Shown piece after piece: positions 36,458 to 37,853 of a stretch of DNA of 37,853 nucleotides. The DNA is taken from assembly GCA_943704425.1 (NCBI GenBank), contig CALSCP010002433.1, positions 1-37,853 of the forward strand, read 5' to 3'. The DNA comes from Ministeria vibrans ATCC 50519. Its lineage: Eukaryota; Protista; Filasterea. Positions within the stretch are counted from its first letter, which is position 1. Each line of letters begins with the position of its first letter. A model generated the notes under the pieces. It saw only the letters and a list, made by a program, of their open reading frames with translations, ran no database searches and was not told the DNA's origin. The position numbers and the translations under genes were made by a program.

Positions 36458-37437
36458 TCACTTGTCGGCATGATGAATGAGCACCCGCGAGCCGGTCGTC
36501 TTGATGCGCATGACAGGGCCGCACGCAGGATGAGGGCACGCTTCCGATTCGTACAAGTAGGCGTACTTGGTCCGATATTCCTATTATTGGAATGGCACAA
36601 ACAACAACAACAAAAAAAAAGAACAAGTAGAAGTGGTGTCAGACGCGAACCGGCGACGGAAGCGTTCCTGTCGCTTCTCGTTACCTCAGAGGCAGCAGAG
36701 TATTGTTTCAACACGGCATCCAGCTGGGCGTGCTTTGCCTCAGATTCGTGTAAGGTTCCTTGTAATCGCTGAGACAGCGCGGCGGAGTCTATCGCGTACA
36801 TTTCCGAGTACAACTCAGCAAACTGGGACAGACAGACGAGACGATGAGCAAACACCAAACGGAAAAAACACCACTCTGTTCAAAAAGCGAACCTGACTGG
36901 CCTCCTGTCTCTGCGGCGGCGGTGGTGCCTGTTGCTGCTGTGGTTGTCCGTAGGGTGTGGCGCCCGGAAGCCCCATTGGAGGCTGTGGCGTTCGAGGAGG
37001 CGCAGCGACAGTAGTGTAGGATGCAGCGGGCGCTGCTGCCTGGGGCAACGGCGCATTTGCAGGGCGTGTTGGGTGCTCGCGCTGCGTCTTCTGTGTCATG
37101 TGGTTCGTATAGTATATCTGGCAGCGTGATGCGCGTCAGTGGGGTGCAGTGGAAGTGCAAAAAGAGCAAAAGGAAAAGAAAAAAAACTCTCCTACCCGTC
37201 CTTGCTCGTCAGTGGCCACTTCCCAACCCTGGGGCAGATCAGCACCATAGTACATTTGCAGTCGAGGGTCGGTCCAGCTGGAATGCGTTGCAGTGGGGAG
37301 TGAGCGAACTCACAACCAAACAACATTATCATCTGGTACCTCGTCGCTTGCGTATTGGAGTTGATGTAGAAAACGGCACCTTCGGCAGTTTGAGACTGTT
37401 GCCACCCTTCGGGCATGGGCATTGTTCGAAAATCCAT
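36458..37437 (-). CDS. Small tandem-WW domain protein with Pro/Gln linker and C-terminal helical/coiled-coil region, spliced
   Basis: WW1 MPEGWQQSQTAEGAVFYINSNTQATSWTDPR and WW2 LPQGWEVATDEQGRIYYTNHMTQKTQREHP are assembled across GT-AG introns. The last exon frame is uncertain. Confidence 0.8.
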
Positions 37438-37596
37438 ATTGTACGAATCGTTTTGAGTAATTGAGTTTTGTCTTTTGAAAATTCGATTCAGACTTGAGTG
37501 TCAAATTCGTTGATCCGTCGGAAAAAGAGTAAATAGTATTTCAATTTTTAATATAACTCACGAGCAGGCACCTCAAGACGTGTGGTATACTGTACG

Positions 37597-37813
37597 ATGA
37601 GTCTGTTTGGGCCGTCGTCGTCGGCAGGGGCAGCGGTGGTGCCCAAGGGCTCGGGTGGCGAGCCAAGCCGACTGACCAAGCGCAGATCGACTCTCGTTGT
37701 TAGCGAAGACGCCCCTAAGCAAGCTGTCACCTCGCCAGTGCACCTCCCGGCCGCAAACGTGCCCAAGCCTGCAAGAAAGACCGCTGCCCTGTCCAAGGAA
37801 GCGAGATTGACTG
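37597..37813 (+). CDS. First coding exon of an unknown gene continuing beyond the window
   Basis: ATG at 37597, open frame MSLFGPSSSAGAAVVPKGS...KEARLT, then a canonical GTGAGT donor at 37814 and a poly-T tract. Head-to-head with the WW gene. Confidence 0.6.
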
Positions 37814-37853
37814 GTGAGTTCATGAGACGCGTTTTTTTTTTTTTTTTTTTTGG

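Noticed and set aside
37548-37823. Minus-strand 91-aa ORF
   Set aside because: The plus-strand reading has an ATG, an open frame and a canonical GTGAGT donor, so the minus ORF is probably its shadow.
1-37853. A functional gene cluster or operon (most genes are on the minus strand)
   Set aside because: The products are functionally unrelated housekeeping and signalling genes, and there is no sequence evidence for polycistronic transcription or trans-splicing.

Overview
Eukaryotic genomic DNA from a draft assembly with N gaps. It is gene-dense, with short GT-AG introns that are AT-rich or microsatellite-rich and very short intergenic spacers. Gene content (a PTB-domain scaffold, aftiphilin-like, DIS3L-like, GALC-like) suggests a unicellular relative of animals; this is inference. 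Spliced models were built by hand. In order: a partial unknown gene (-), a membrane-anchored CX5R phosphatase (+), mitochondrial ClpP (-), DIS3L-type exoribonuclease (-), an aftiphilin-like protein with a large DDFGDFG array (-), class I HDAC (-), UDP-glucose 6-dehydrogenase (-), a 5'-truncated non-LTR retrotransposon (-), a Sel1-repeat protein (-) with an antisense intronic tRNA-His, a protein with two putative beta-grasp repeats (+), a GH59 galactocerebrosidase with an inserted ricin-B domain (-), an ANK-SH3-SAM-SAM-PTB scaffold (-), a tandem-WW protein (-), and the first exon of another gene (+). The most notable items are the Caskin/ANKS1 hybrid scaffold with a C-terminal LD-like motif, the tRNA-His with encoded G-1/C73 and a U1:U72 mismatch, a perfect U12-type donor in HDAC, and a shared ACAAAG(TGA) core in unrelated intronic minisatellites. 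No prokaryotic-type system or CRISPR array is present.
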